Source: a virus (Duplodnaviria > Heunggongvirae > Uroviricota > Caudoviricetes). Taken from it: a DNA stretch of 64,000 nucleotides. The notes under the pieces were generated by a model. It did not search any database, was not told the origin of the DNA, and saw only the letters and a list, made by a program, of their open reading frames with translations. Shown here piece after piece: positions 1 through 7,935 of this stretch (position 1 is the stretch's first letter; each line of letters begins with the position of its first letter). The stretch lies in the IMG/VR virus record IMGVR_UViG_3300043803_001772, one strand, 5' to 3'. The position numbers and the translations under genes are program-made.

Positions 1-8
1 ATAAAAAA

Positions 9-926
9 TTGAATGAAGGATTATTTGAGCCTGACGACGACACCATAGGTGCTAAACTAGGCTTTTGGCTAGATCAAAATAGTAGTGGTTATGCCTCTTC
101 ATTTGAAGTTGATACCGTTTTGGATGATTTAGATATTGAAAAAGGTACGCCTGCATTTAATGAATTGGTGGATGAATTCAAAGAAAGTGGTTATGAATTG
201 AAAGGAAACGAGTTTGTAAAAATTGTTAAAAAAGTTAAAAAAGGTAGTGGCGTATCAGATGAAGTAGTAAAAGATACTGCTAAGCAATATATAAAACATT
301 TTGGTAAAGGTTCATATTCTTTGGGAATCTCAGCTAAAGATTTTGTAAGTTTGAGTCAAGGAGAAGGAGATTCCGATATTAGAAGCAACTTTCCAAATTG
401 GAGTGATGAAAACTTTAAACAAGTATTAGACATACTTTATACAGATGGTGGATTAAAAAGACCAGTAGATGAAACATTTCAAAAACACTTGGGTCTTCTA
501 CGTAAAAAATTGAACGAGGACACTGGTGACATTGTATCTATGATTGAACGATACATCGAAATTATAGAAACTCTTAAGAGTGTAGCTTTAAGCTACGACG
601 GTGACACTCCAGCTTTGGAAGATGAAAAACGTAATATCAAATCTCAAATTATTAGTTCCAAAGGACAAGAATACTTTAATATGGTTGATGAACTAGCTGA
701 ACTAAAAGTTCGTAAAGGTAACCAATCTAAAGTTGAAGCATTAGCAAATCGATTGGGACTGCCACAATTAGCATTAAGTGAAGTAACTACTGATGGTGGT
801 TCACTACCTGAACTTGCTTTAAAAGGCGCTGAGGTAATTGATGTAATGACATCGAGTGATGGCAAAGTTCATCTTCGAATAAAAGCTGCAAATTCAACCC
901 AGTTATATGACGCTGTATTAGTATAA
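9..926 (+). CDS. hypothetical protein (305 aa), acidic, no recognisable motif
   Basis: Long ORF in the provided track, followed by an intrinsic terminator at 948-982. The start is near the window edge, so the N-terminus may be incomplete. Confidence 0.5.
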   Translation: MNEGLFEPDDDTIGAKLGFWLDQNSSGYASSFEVDTVLDDLDIEKGTPAFNELVDEFKESGYELKGNEFVKIVKKVKKGSGVSDEVVKDTAKQYIKHFGKGSYSLGISAKDFVSLSQGEGDSDIRSNFPNWSDENFKQVLDILYTDGGLKRPVDETFQKHLGLLRKKLNEDTGDIVSMIERYIEIIETLKSVALSYDGDTPALEDEKRNIKSQIISSKGQEYFNMVDELAELKVRKGNQSKVEALANRLGLPQLALSEVTTDGGSLPELALKGAEVIDVMTSSDGKVHLRIKAANSTQLYDAVLV

Positions 927-947
927 AAAAGATAATCTTTATATCAA

Positions 948-982
948 GCCCCACCGATTAAAATAAATTGGTGGGGTTTTTT
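948..982 (+). terminator. rho-independent terminator (ccccacc-loop-ggtgggg + TTTTTT)
   Basis: 7-bp GC-rich stem, 14-nt loop, and a T6 run. Confidence 0.6.
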
Positions 983-1029
983 ACTTTAATGTAACTAATT
1001 ATATACAAGAGTTTGATATTTAATATTAT

Positions 1030-1344
1030 ATGAATACACTAAAAAAGTTTTTTAAGATGGTTTTTGGTAATAACGATAATAACGAGTGTTATGATTTAGT
1101 GTTATTGAAAGCTGTTTTAGATAGTAACAAACAACAAACTGAAAGGTTAAACGAAATTATGGCTGCAATTAATAATCTACAAGACGCATTGGCACGTTTG
1201 AGTGCTGCAACTGATAGTGCTGTAACAGTATTAAACACTCCACATCCAAGTGAAGAAGCAATTCAAGCTGCTGCTGACTTGGTAAATGCACAAGCTGCTC
1301 GTTTGGAAGCTGCTAGTGACAATGATCCAACAACCACTGCCTAA
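1030..1344 (+). CDS. hypothetical small protein (104 aa), Ala/Gln-rich, helical C-terminus
   Basis: ORF located between two terminator hairpins, with the terminator at 1368-1400 just downstream. Confidence 0.45.
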   Translation: MNTLKKFFKMVFGNNDNNECYDLVLLKAVLDSNKQQTERLNEIMAAINNLQDALARLSAATDSAVTVLNTPHPSEEAIQAAADLVNAQAARLEAASDNDPTTTA

Positions 1345-1367
1345 TTCACATATTAGTTGAATATGAA

Positions 1368-1400
1368 AACCCCACTATTAATTTAGTGGGGTTATTTGTT
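1368..1400. terminator. bidirectional terminator hairpin (aaccccacta/tagtggggtt)
   Basis: 10-bp stem. T-rich on the plus side (ATTTGTTTATT) and TTTTC on the minus side. Sits between convergent genes 1030-1344 (+) and 1403-1717 (-). Confidence 0.55.
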
Positions 1401-1402
1401 TA

Positions 1403-1717
1403 TTAGTTCTTCTTTGGTTTGGTTGGTCTATCACCATCTTTTGGTGGACCATCGTGTTTTGGACCTCTTGGACCGCCTGGTGGTGGACCAAAACTTCTCA
1501 TTAATTTACGATCATCATCACTGACCTTGGTACGTTCTTCTTTGTCCAACTTACCATCTTTATTCACATCATATTTAGCAACCAAAGCAACACGTTGTGC
1601 TTTTTGTTCCTCTGTCAACTTTGGACGAGGAGGACGATTACCTGGAGGTGGACCTTTTGGACCTTCTTGAGCATTTAGAGATAATGCTGCGGTTAATACT
1701 AATAGATATTTTAACAT
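1403..1717 (-). CDS. secreted proline-rich protein with one EF-hand-like Ca-binding loop (DVNKDGKLDKEE)
   Basis: N-terminal signal-peptide-like stretch MLKYLLVLTAALSLNAQ, PPG/PRP repeats, and a canonical DxNxDGxIxxxE loop. It is the only minus-strand gene in this stretch and is flanked by hairpin terminators. Confidence 0.55.
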   Translation of the reverse strand: MLKYLLVLTAALSLNAQEGPKGPPPGNRPPRPKLTEEQKAQRVALVAKYDVNKDGKLDKEERTKVSDDDRKLMRSFGPPPGGPRGPKHDGPPKDGDRPTKPKKN

Positions 1718-1817
1718 ATATTTCCTTTGTTTGTGTAACCACCATTGATTACATTACATATATACCATATCAACCACCCCAAATAAACATCTTTTACTTC
1801 CTCTTTACAATTTTCTC

Positions 1818-1846
1818 TTGACTTTATAACAAGTAGATGTTAATAT
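1818..1846 (+). promoter_or_regulatory. sigma70-like early promoter TTGACT-N17-TAATAT
   Basis: Seen directly. ATG of the kinase gene lies 7 nt downstream. Confidence 0.5.
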
Positions 1847-1852
1847 ACACAT

Positions 1853-2311
1853 ATGAATAACACAATTTATATTGCCGTTGGCTTGCCTGGAAGTGGTAAG
1901 TCAACTTATGCAAAGAACTTTATTAAAGACAAAGATATTGAATATCTAAGTAGTGATGAACTACGTGCAAAATTTGGAAGTGGAGAAACGGACCAAACTT
2001 GCACAAATCAAGTTTTTGGTCATATCAAACGAAAGGTTGACGAATTTCTAAAAGATGGTAAAAATGTATTAGTAGACGCAACTAGTGTAAATCGTAGAGA
2101 ACGAAGTGACTACACTAATACAGCCAAAAAGTATGGTGCAAAGGTAGTTGCTCTTGTATTCAAGATGGATCGTGATGGATTAATTGCACGAAACCAGAAG
2201 AGAGGTAGTGAAGGTGGTAGAGTTGTACCTACTTTTGTAATCGACAAAATGCTTGCTAAGTTTGAAGAACCTTCTACAAATGAAGGCATTGATGAGGTAA
2301 TTTATGTTTGA
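1853..2311 (+). CDS. polynucleotide 5'-kinase-like P-loop kinase (T4 Pnk kinase-domain-like, 152 aa)
   Basis: Walker A GLPGSGKST (T4 Pnk has GCPGSGKST). Downstream SSDELR, VDATSVNRRER and RNQKRGSEGGRVVPTFV parallel the T4 Pnk kinase-domain motifs. Promoter at 1818-1846. Confidence 0.7.
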   Translation: MNNTIYIAVGLPGSGKSTYAKNFIKDKDIEYLSSDELRAKFGSGETDQTCTNQVFGHIKRKVDEFLKDGKNVLVDATSVNRRERSDYTNTAKKYGAKVVALVFKMDRDGLIARNQKRGSEGGRVVPTFVIDKMLAKFEEPSTNEGIDEVIYV

Positions 2312-2978
2312 AAGACCGCTAAAACTAATTCATAATGATGATCACAAGGTATTCTTTACCAGTGATACTCATTTCCGACATAATCAAAGCTTCATATTTG
2401 AAGCTAGAGGATATAAAGATCGTTATGAACACGATGATGCTTTGATTGCGAAGATCAATGAAGTGGTGCGTCCAGAAGATACACTAATTCATCTTGGTGA
2501 TTTTTGTCTTAATATTACTCCGCCTGAGTTCAATGAAATTCTGGCTAGAATCAATTGTCAAAACATTGCTTATATTTGGGGCAATCATAACAGCTGTATT
2601 CGTAAGCATTATGAAGATGCTGTTGCTGGCCATTTGAATATGGTTAGATTCACTGGTAACAGTCCTAATGATGGCATTGAAGTGTATCCATATGCAATTG
2701 GTAAACTAACTTATCTGGGTTATTATAAGGAATTGATTGTAAACGGTCATATGATTGTTATTCATCATTACCCACATCAAATCTTTAACCAAATGCAAAA
2801 GGGTGCTTGGCAGTTGAGTGGTCATAGTCACTATACCAATCCAACCACTCAGGTAGATTATCCAGACAATAAAATTCTGGATGTAGGTTGGGATGGTCAC
2901 GGTAAGCCGTTGTCATTCCCAGAGATTCAGAAGATTATGTTGAATAAGAACCACGTTAAGCAAGATAAACATCATTAA
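2304..2978 (+). CDS. calcineurin-like metallophosphoesterase (putative 2',3'/3'-phosphatase partner of the kinase)
   Basis: Metallophosphoesterase motif series: SDTHFRH (DxH), GDFCLN (GD), GNHN (GNH[DE]), HHYP (H), SGHSH (GH). It overlaps the kinase gene by 8 nt, indicating translational coupling. Confidence 0.7.
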   Translation: MFERPLKLIHNDDHKVFFTSDTHFRHNQSFIFEARGYKDRYEHDDALIAKINEVVRPEDTLIHLGDFCLNITPPEFNEILARINCQNIAYIWGNHNSCIRKHYEDAVAGHLNMVRFTGNSPNDGIEVYPYAIGKLTYLGYYKELIVNGHMIVIHHYPHQIFNQMQKGAWQLSGHSHYTNPTTQVDYPDNKILDVGWDGHGKPLSFPEIQKIMLNKNHVKQDKHH

Positions 2979-2986
2979 GTATACAA

Positions 2987-3019
2987 ATCCCCTCCGTAAA
3001 AAGAGGGGATTTTTGTTTT
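2987..3019 (+). terminator. rho-independent terminator (atcccctc/gaggggat + TTTTGTTTT)
   Basis: 8-bp stem plus a T-run. Confidence 0.6.
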
Positions 3020-3046
3020 GACTTGTTATAAAACCTGTGGTAGATT
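3018..3046 (+). promoter_or_regulatory. sigma70-like early promoter TTGACT-N17-TAGATT (GTGG immediately before the -10)
   Basis: Follows terminator 2987-3019. Shares a 'gtggTAGAtT' -10 context with the promoters at 5534 and 8649. Confidence 0.55.
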
Positions 3047-3055
3047 GAGTTTGTT

Positions 3056-3532
3056 ATGTCAAAGCCATATATTCACGCTCAAAGTTCAGTCCGTAAGTTC
3101 GGCGGTCAGCCACAGGATTATGAACCTATTCACGCCTTTATGGATTGTAGTAAGGGTGCAATTGCGGATAACCGACATCGTGCTCTAACCCACAATAGTT
3201 GGTTTCTTAGTAATATTCTGGAACGAGTAAAGTTTGCTAATAGTGGTCCAGAAACAAGTGATCATCGTTTTCCTACTATTATTAATAGTGATGGACGTAG
3301 TGTAAGTGTGCGGGATATTGGTGAACAACATTGTTTGGAAGACTTTGCTAATAAGTTTATTCCTTCAGCACAAGATTATCTGGCTGAAATGGAGTTCAAG
3401 AGTTGGATGCAGAATGGCATTTCACATCCTCCTAGCTTTGTGAAAATTGATGAAGGTCGTAAATCCCGTGCTAAAAATGGTTTGACTTCTAAAACTTTCG
3501 GTGGTAGTATTAAAAATGTAATCGGAGACTAA
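3056..3532 (+). CDS. conserved hypothetical phage protein (158 aa)
   Basis: ORF with promoter 3018-3046 and RBS-less short leader. No catalytic motif recognised. Confidence 0.5.
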   Translation: MSKPYIHAQSSVRKFGGQPQDYEPIHAFMDCSKGAIADNRHRALTHNSWFLSNILERVKFANSGPETSDHRFPTIINSDGRSVSVRDIGEQHCLEDFANKFIPSAQDYLAEMEFKSWMQNGISHPPSFVKIDEGRKSRAKNGLTSKTFGGSIKNVIGD

Positions 3533-3550
3533 CAAAACAAAACAAAACAT

Positions 3551-3937
3551 ATGAAAGAGTCACTTAAGAAAATTGAAGAGCTAAAGAATCAACTCAACAC
3601 AGTTAAGTCAGAACTCCAGAAGGAGTTTAAGGCTGAACTAAAGAAGATCTTTGTTGATAATCCTACACTGGACAGCATTGAGATGTATCTTAATAACCAC
3701 GAATTTAACGATGGTGGCGCAACCTCATTCTATATTGGATATGAAGATCTCAAGATTGTAGTAGAAGGTGAAGAAGTTGAACGTGAGTGGGATAATGCAA
3801 CGAAGGAATATAAGCCAAATCCACTGCTTGAATCACTAATTGAACTTTTTGGTGATGTTCAGTGTATCCACGAAGACCTATATGGTGATGAATATGAACA
3901 TCTGTCTATTATCCGTGAGGAAGTTCTAAAGTTTTAA
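3551..3937 (+). CDS. hypothetical protein (128 aa), N-terminal coiled-coil
   Basis: ORF tightly packed after the previous gene. KxxELKxQL heptad-like N-terminus. Confidence 0.45.
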   Translation: MKESLKKIEELKNQLNTVKSELQKEFKAELKKIFVDNPTLDSIEMYLNNHEFNDGGATSFYIGYEDLKIVVEGEEVEREWDNATKEYKPNPLLESLIELFGDVQCIHEDLYGDEYEHLSIIREEVLKF

Positions 3938-3940
3938 TAT

Positions 3941-4330
3941 ATGAGTTCATATCGTAGAGCAACATTACAGGATCTAGCCAAACTTGGTTACGTTCCTAAT
4001 ACACAAAAGTATAGTGAACATATTGCGTTTGCCAAGAAGTATTATCCTCCTGAAGCAACCACAATGGTTATGGTAGTTCATAGTGAGTACAACGATTGTA
4101 CCTATGATAATAGTTTTCAGTATGTCATTGTATATGACAAGGATGGCAATGAACTTCCTCCACTAAAGAAGACTGCCAAAGAATGTCGTGCAAATTGGAA
4201 TATTGATAATCTGCCTATTCCAAACACAAGAGACGGCGATTATGATTCAGCTGAATCAGATGAACCTTTGAATGATGTAGTTATTCCATTGACCACTGAA
4301 GTTCCAGAACTTTATATCAAGGAGAATTAA
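3941..4330 (+). CDS. hypothetical protein (129 aa)
   Basis: ORF begins 4 nt after the previous stop. No recognisable domain. Confidence 0.45.
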   Translation: MSSYRRATLQDLAKLGYVPNTQKYSEHIAFAKKYYPPEATTMVMVVHSEYNDCTYDNSFQYVIVYDKDGNELPPLKKTAKECRANWNIDNLPIPNTRDGDYDSAESDEPLNDVVIPLTTEVPELYIKEN

Positions 4331-4333
4331 TAT

Positions 4334-4585
4334 ATGTTTAGTAATAAAAATATTGTAAAGTATTGCACAAAGTATTTTGTTTTGATGACAGCGGGTGCTT
4401 ATGTTTTTAACACATCCGTGATATTGATTAATCAAAAAAGTGACATTGCAAATCTTATCGGGTCCGCACTTTTTGCTGGACTTTTTATCAGCACGCTGGT
4501 AATCTTAAAAAGTGATGTGACCAAGTTGGTCAAGAAACTAGAAGAAAATAAAAACAAAGAAAATAAAAACAAAGAAAATGAATAA
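4334..4585 (+). CDS. small membrane protein (83 aa) with C-terminal ENKNK repeats
   Basis: Two hydrophobic segments and (ENKNK)x3 at the C-terminus. RBS AAGGAGAA upstream. Overlaps the next gene by 8 nt. Confidence 0.4.
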   Translation: MFSNKNIVKYCTKYFVLMTAGAYVFNTSVILINQKSDIANLIGSALFAGLFISTLVILKSDVTKLVKKLEENKNKENKNKENE

Positions 4586-5483
4586 GAAGATCGTTAGTCT
4601 AATCGCCGGTATCGTCGCCATCTCAACTTTCACTGGTTGTGATAGGGTTGAGCCTGGTTATGTTGGTATCAAGGTAAATCAGTGGGGTAGCCAGAAGGGA
4701 GTCAATGATTTCCCGTTGGTTACTGGTGGTGTGTTCTACAACCCTATCACTGAGGATATCTATAAGTTCCCTACTTTTATGCAGAATGCTGTGTGGGATC
4801 GTGAACGTGGGAGCAAGGAAAGTCCTGGCGATGACAGTGTAACTTTCAATAGTATTGAAGGTGCGGTGGTTAATGCTGATATTGCTCTGGCTTACACGTT
4901 TATTGCTGAGAAGGTTCCTCAGATTTTCGTTGAGTTTCGTCAGTCGCCTGATGTTATTACTCATGGATTTATGAGGAATGAGGTGAATAACGCATTCAAT
5001 CGTGTTGCTAGTACTATGAAGGCTAGTGACATCTTTGGTGAGAGGAAGCAGTATCTTCTTGACAATGTTAAGAGCAATCTTAACGTCCAACTTGGACCCA
5101 AGGGATTTAGGTTTGAGTTGATCAGCTTCCACGGTGGTCTTCGTGTTGATCAGAGTGTTCAGACTCGTATCAATGCTGTACTAGAAGCTAGTCAGAAGGC
5201 TATTGAGGCTGAAACCAAGGTTCGTCAAAGTAAGGCTGAGGCGGATCAGGTGATTGAGAAGGCTCGTGGTGAGAAGGAAAGTAACATTGCCAAGGCAGAG
5301 GGTGAGGCTCGGAGTATTGCTCTTAAGGCAGAGGCTCAGTCCAAGGCTAACTTGGTGTTGGCTCAGTCTCTAACCCCGGCACTGGTTCAGTATGAAGCGC
5401 TTCAGAGGTGGGATGGTAAGTTGCCGGTATATAATGGCGGAGGAGTTGTGCCGTTCATTAATGTTGGAAATACCAACCGATAA
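4578..5483 (+). CDS. SPFH/band-7 (prohibitin/HflC-like) lipoprotein
   Basis: Lipoprotein-like signal ending FTGC. VEPGYVGIKVNQWG start typical of the band-7 fold. Long Ala/Glu/Lys coiled-coil tail (KAEADQVIEKARGEKESNIAKAEGEARSIALKAEAQ). Confidence 0.6.
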   Translation: MNKKIVSLIAGIVAISTFTGCDRVEPGYVGIKVNQWGSQKGVNDFPLVTGGVFYNPITEDIYKFPTFMQNAVWDRERGSKESPGDDSVTFNSIEGAVVNADIALAYTFIAEKVPQIFVEFRQSPDVITHGFMRNEVNNAFNRVASTMKASDIFGERKQYLLDNVKSNLNVQLGPKGFRFELISFHGGLRVDQSVQTRINAVLEASQKAIEAETKVRQSKAEADQVIEKARGEKESNIAKAEGEARSIALKAEAQSKANLVLAQSLTPALVQYEALQRWDGKLPVYNGGGVVPFINVGNTNR

Positions 5484-5501
5484 GTGGTAGGATAAGTGGA
5501 G

Positions 5502-5533
5502 AAACCCGCTAGAGAAATCTGGCGGGTTTTTTG
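5502..5533 (+). terminator. rho-independent terminator (aacccgc/gcgggtt + TTTTTT)
   Basis: Stem plus T6, located after the SPFH gene. Confidence 0.6.
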
Positions 5534-5562
5534 TTGACTTTGTTTAAACTACGTGGTAGAGT
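5534..5562 (+). promoter_or_regulatory. sigma70-like early promoter TTGACT-N17-TAGAGT
   Basis: Follows terminator 5502-5533. cgtggTAGAGT. AAGGAG RBS downstream. Confidence 0.55.
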
Positions 5563-5571
5563 TAAGGAGTA

Positions 5572-5889
5572 ATGAATATCGTAGATTACATTGTAAAGAA
5601 TTGGGACACTCTTCCTAAGAGCAAGTTTGATGATGACCACATCGTAATTTTCAAGGAGATTGAGAATTGGGATGGTGGTTATGGTCACCACTCTTATGAG
5701 GGTATTGGTGTTGACAAGGATGGTAACGTCACTTGGTGTTACAGCTCTGGTTGTAGCTGTAGTGGTGGACCCTCGCTTGATACCAAGAAGGACTTGAAGG
5801 TGTTTGTTGTAAATGATGGAATTGATTTGAATGTAGATCCGTCTACTATTAATTTCAAGTCACTTGAGGTTGAGTTTACCAGTTATTAA
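5572..5889 (+). CDS. hypothetical protein (105 aa)
   Basis: Promoter 5534-5562 and strong RBS AAGGAG 8 nt upstream of the ATG. Confidence 0.5.
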   Translation: MNIVDYIVKNWDTLPKSKFDDDHIVIFKEIENWDGGYGHHSYEGIGVDKDGNVTWCYSSGCSCSGGPSLDTKKDLKVFVVNDGIDLNVDPSTINFKSLEVEFTSY

Positions 5890-5947
5890 TTTAGAAAAAT
5901 AAGATAGCAAGTTGTAATTAACAATATTCATTTTCATACTTATTAGT

Positions 5948-6679
5948 ATGAAGAAATGGATTATATATAAAACAACTTGTACAGTCAATAATAAAATATA
6001 CATAGGTCAACATAAAACTGATAACATTGATGATGGATACATTGGTAGTGGAAAACTAATTACCAGTGCAATTAAAAAATATGGAAAAAATAGTTTTAAC
6101 CGAGAAATATTAGAAGAATGTTTTACATTTAACGACGCTAGAGAAAAAGAAGAATTTTATATTAAAAAATTTAATTCTACAAATAGAGACATAGGTTATA
6201 ATATAACTCCATATGCATGGGGAGGTCAACCTATGACAGCTGAAACAAGATTAAAAATAAGTCAACTAAATAAAGGAAAAACTCGTTCGATTGAAACGAG
6301 AGAAAAAATGAGAAAAGCTAAAACAGGTACCACTTGGTCAGTACAACATAAATTAAATCAAATTAAATCTAAAATCGGTAAAAAATGGTATCATAATCCC
6401 ATAACACTAGAATCTAAAAAATTCAAAGATGATGAGGGTATACCAAATGGATGGTTGTTTGGTAGAGGCAATACTCAAAAAATAGGACCTGAAAGGAAAA
6501 AACAATCTTTTTCTAAAGATGCACTTGAAAACATCAGAAATGCAAATCTAAATCCGGAAAAAAGAAGAAAAACATCTTGTACTTTGAAGGGACATAGTGT
6601 ATCGTTAGAGACGAGAGAAAAAATAAAAAATAGTTTAAAAAAATTTTATGAGAAAACTAGCGTCAATCAAAAAAATTGA
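5948..6679 (+). CDS. GIY-YIG homing endonuclease with C-terminal NUMOD3-like DNA-binding repeats
   Basis: WIIYKTTCTVNNKIYIGQHKT...GYIGSGK...REKEEFYIKKFNS...GYNI matches the I-TevI/Seg GIY-YIG core. Repeated ETR(L/E)KI/MRKAKTG and ETREKIKNSL motifs. The gene is markedly AT-richer than its neighbours. Confidence 0.8.
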   Translation: MKKWIIYKTTCTVNNKIYIGQHKTDNIDDGYIGSGKLITSAIKKYGKNSFNREILEECFTFNDAREKEEFYIKKFNSTNRDIGYNITPYAWGGQPMTAETRLKISQLNKGKTRSIETREKMRKAKTGTTWSVQHKLNQIKSKIGKKWYHNPITLESKKFKDDEGIPNGWLFGRGNTQKIGPERKKQSFSKDALENIRNANLNPEKRRKTSCTLKGHSVSLETREKIKNSLKKFYEKTSVNQKN

Positions 6680-7658
6680 AGAAATCAAGTTAATTGAAGG
6701 AGCAGATAAAATTTGCGCATATCGTGTGGGGGGTTGGTGGGTAGTAGATTCTGTGACTAAATACAAGGTGGGTGATTTGGCTGTTTATTACGAAATTGAC
6801 AGCTTTTTGCCGATCCGCCCTCAATTTGAATTTCTACGCAAGAGTAGTTTCAAGCGTATGGGTTCTACTGAGGGATTTCGTCTCAAGACCATTAGGCTCC
6901 GTGGACAGATCAGTCAGGGTCTATTGACTCCAATTCCAGAGGGTATTAGTAATCCAAAGGAAGGTGATGATTTGACTGAGGCTCTTGATATTGTCAAGTA
7001 TGAACCTCCTATTCCCGCTCAATTGGCTGGAAAGATCAAGGGAACATTTCCTAGCTTTATTCCAAAGACTGAGGAAATTCGTATTCAGAACTTTGAGAGT
7101 GAAGTTGGATTTAGTCCAGTTGGTGAGCGTGCTTATATAACTGAAAAGTTGGATGGTACTAGTTTCACTTGTTATTTTAACAACGGTGTATTTGGTGTTT
7201 GTGGCCGCAATTGGGAGTTGTCTGAAACTGATGACAATAGTCTATGGCGTATGGCCAAGGTGCTTGAATTGAAGGACAAGATGACTAAACACGGCAAGAA
7301 TATTGCTTTGCAGGGAGAACTAATTGGTGCTGGTATCAATGGTAATTTGTATGGATTGAGCGACCACAAGTTGTACTTCTTTACTGGTTATGACATTGAT
7401 AAGGGTCGCCGTATGTTCTTTGATGAACTTGAGTGGGTATTGTTTGGTTTGCAATTGCAGATGGTGCCTGTACTTGAGAAGTATGGATTTGTAATTCCAA
7501 ATGAAAACAATATTGTTGACTATATGTTGAGGTATGCTGAAGGTAAGAGTGTATTGAATATGGAAGTTGATAGGGAAGGTGTGGTTGTACGTGGTCTTGA
7601 GAAGGAGTTTAGTTTCAAGGCTATTAGCAATACGTATCTTCTTGGAAGTAAGGATTGA
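6648..7658 (+). CDS. RNA ligase (nucleotidyltransferase; Pfam RNA_ligase-family-like)
   Basis: Motif I AYITEKLDGTSF (KxDG lysine-adenylate motif). N-terminus KLASIKKIEEIKLIEGADKICAYRVGGWWVVDS typical of this RNA ligase family. Overlaps the HEG 3' end by 32 nt. Confidence 0.65.
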   Translation: MRKLASIKKIEEIKLIEGADKICAYRVGGWWVVDSVTKYKVGDLAVYYEIDSFLPIRPQFEFLRKSSFKRMGSTEGFRLKTIRLRGQISQGLLTPIPEGISNPKEGDDLTEALDIVKYEPPIPAQLAGKIKGTFPSFIPKTEEIRIQNFESEVGFSPVGERAYITEKLDGTSFTCYFNNGVFGVCGRNWELSETDDNSLWRMAKVLELKDKMTKHGKNIALQGELIGAGINGNLYGLSDHKLYFFTGYDIDKGRRMFFDELEWVLFGLQLQMVPVLEKYGFVIPNENNIVDYMLRYAEGKSVLNMEVDREGVVVRGLEKEFSFKAISNTYLLGSKD

Positions 7659-7662
7659 TATC

Positions 7663-7698
7663 AAAAGGGAGGTATGTAACAGTACCTCCCTTATTTTT
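7663..7698 (+). terminator. rho-independent terminator (gggaggta/tacctccc + TTATTTTTAT)
   Basis: 8-bp stem, 8-nt loop, T-run. Located after the RNA ligase. Confidence 0.6.
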
Positions 7699-7935
7699 AT
7701 GAAAAAGTATAGTATCAAGACAAATGATATTGGTATGTGTATGAGTGTAGGTTGTGATTTTTATCAAACTTGCACCAATAATAGTGTAAATATGTTTTAC
7801 AAGACCAAACGAAAGTTTGAACCAGTGCTTGAAGAATCAATTTGTTTGAGTTATAGTAGTGGAAAGAATAGTAAAGACTACCCAGACAATTGTTATCCCA
7901 ACGTATTGAAGAAGATTTATGAATCTGGATATTAA
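7699..7935 (+). CDS. small Cys-rich protein (78 aa)
   Basis: ATG at 7699 directly after terminator 7663-7698. 8 Cys. The track ORF 7567-7935 extends upstream into the ligase gene and was trimmed. Confidence 0.35.
   Translation: MKKYSIKTNDIGMCMSVGCDFYQTCTNNSVNMFYKTKRKFEPVLEESICLSYSSGKNSKDYPDNCYPNVLKKIYESGY

Noticed and set aside
1419-1821. Plus-strand ORFs 1419-1670 and 1597-1821 overlapping the minus-strand EF-hand gene
   Set aside because: These are shadow frames of the proline/glycine-rich minus-strand gene. The minus ORF has a signal peptide, an EF-hand and flanking terminators.
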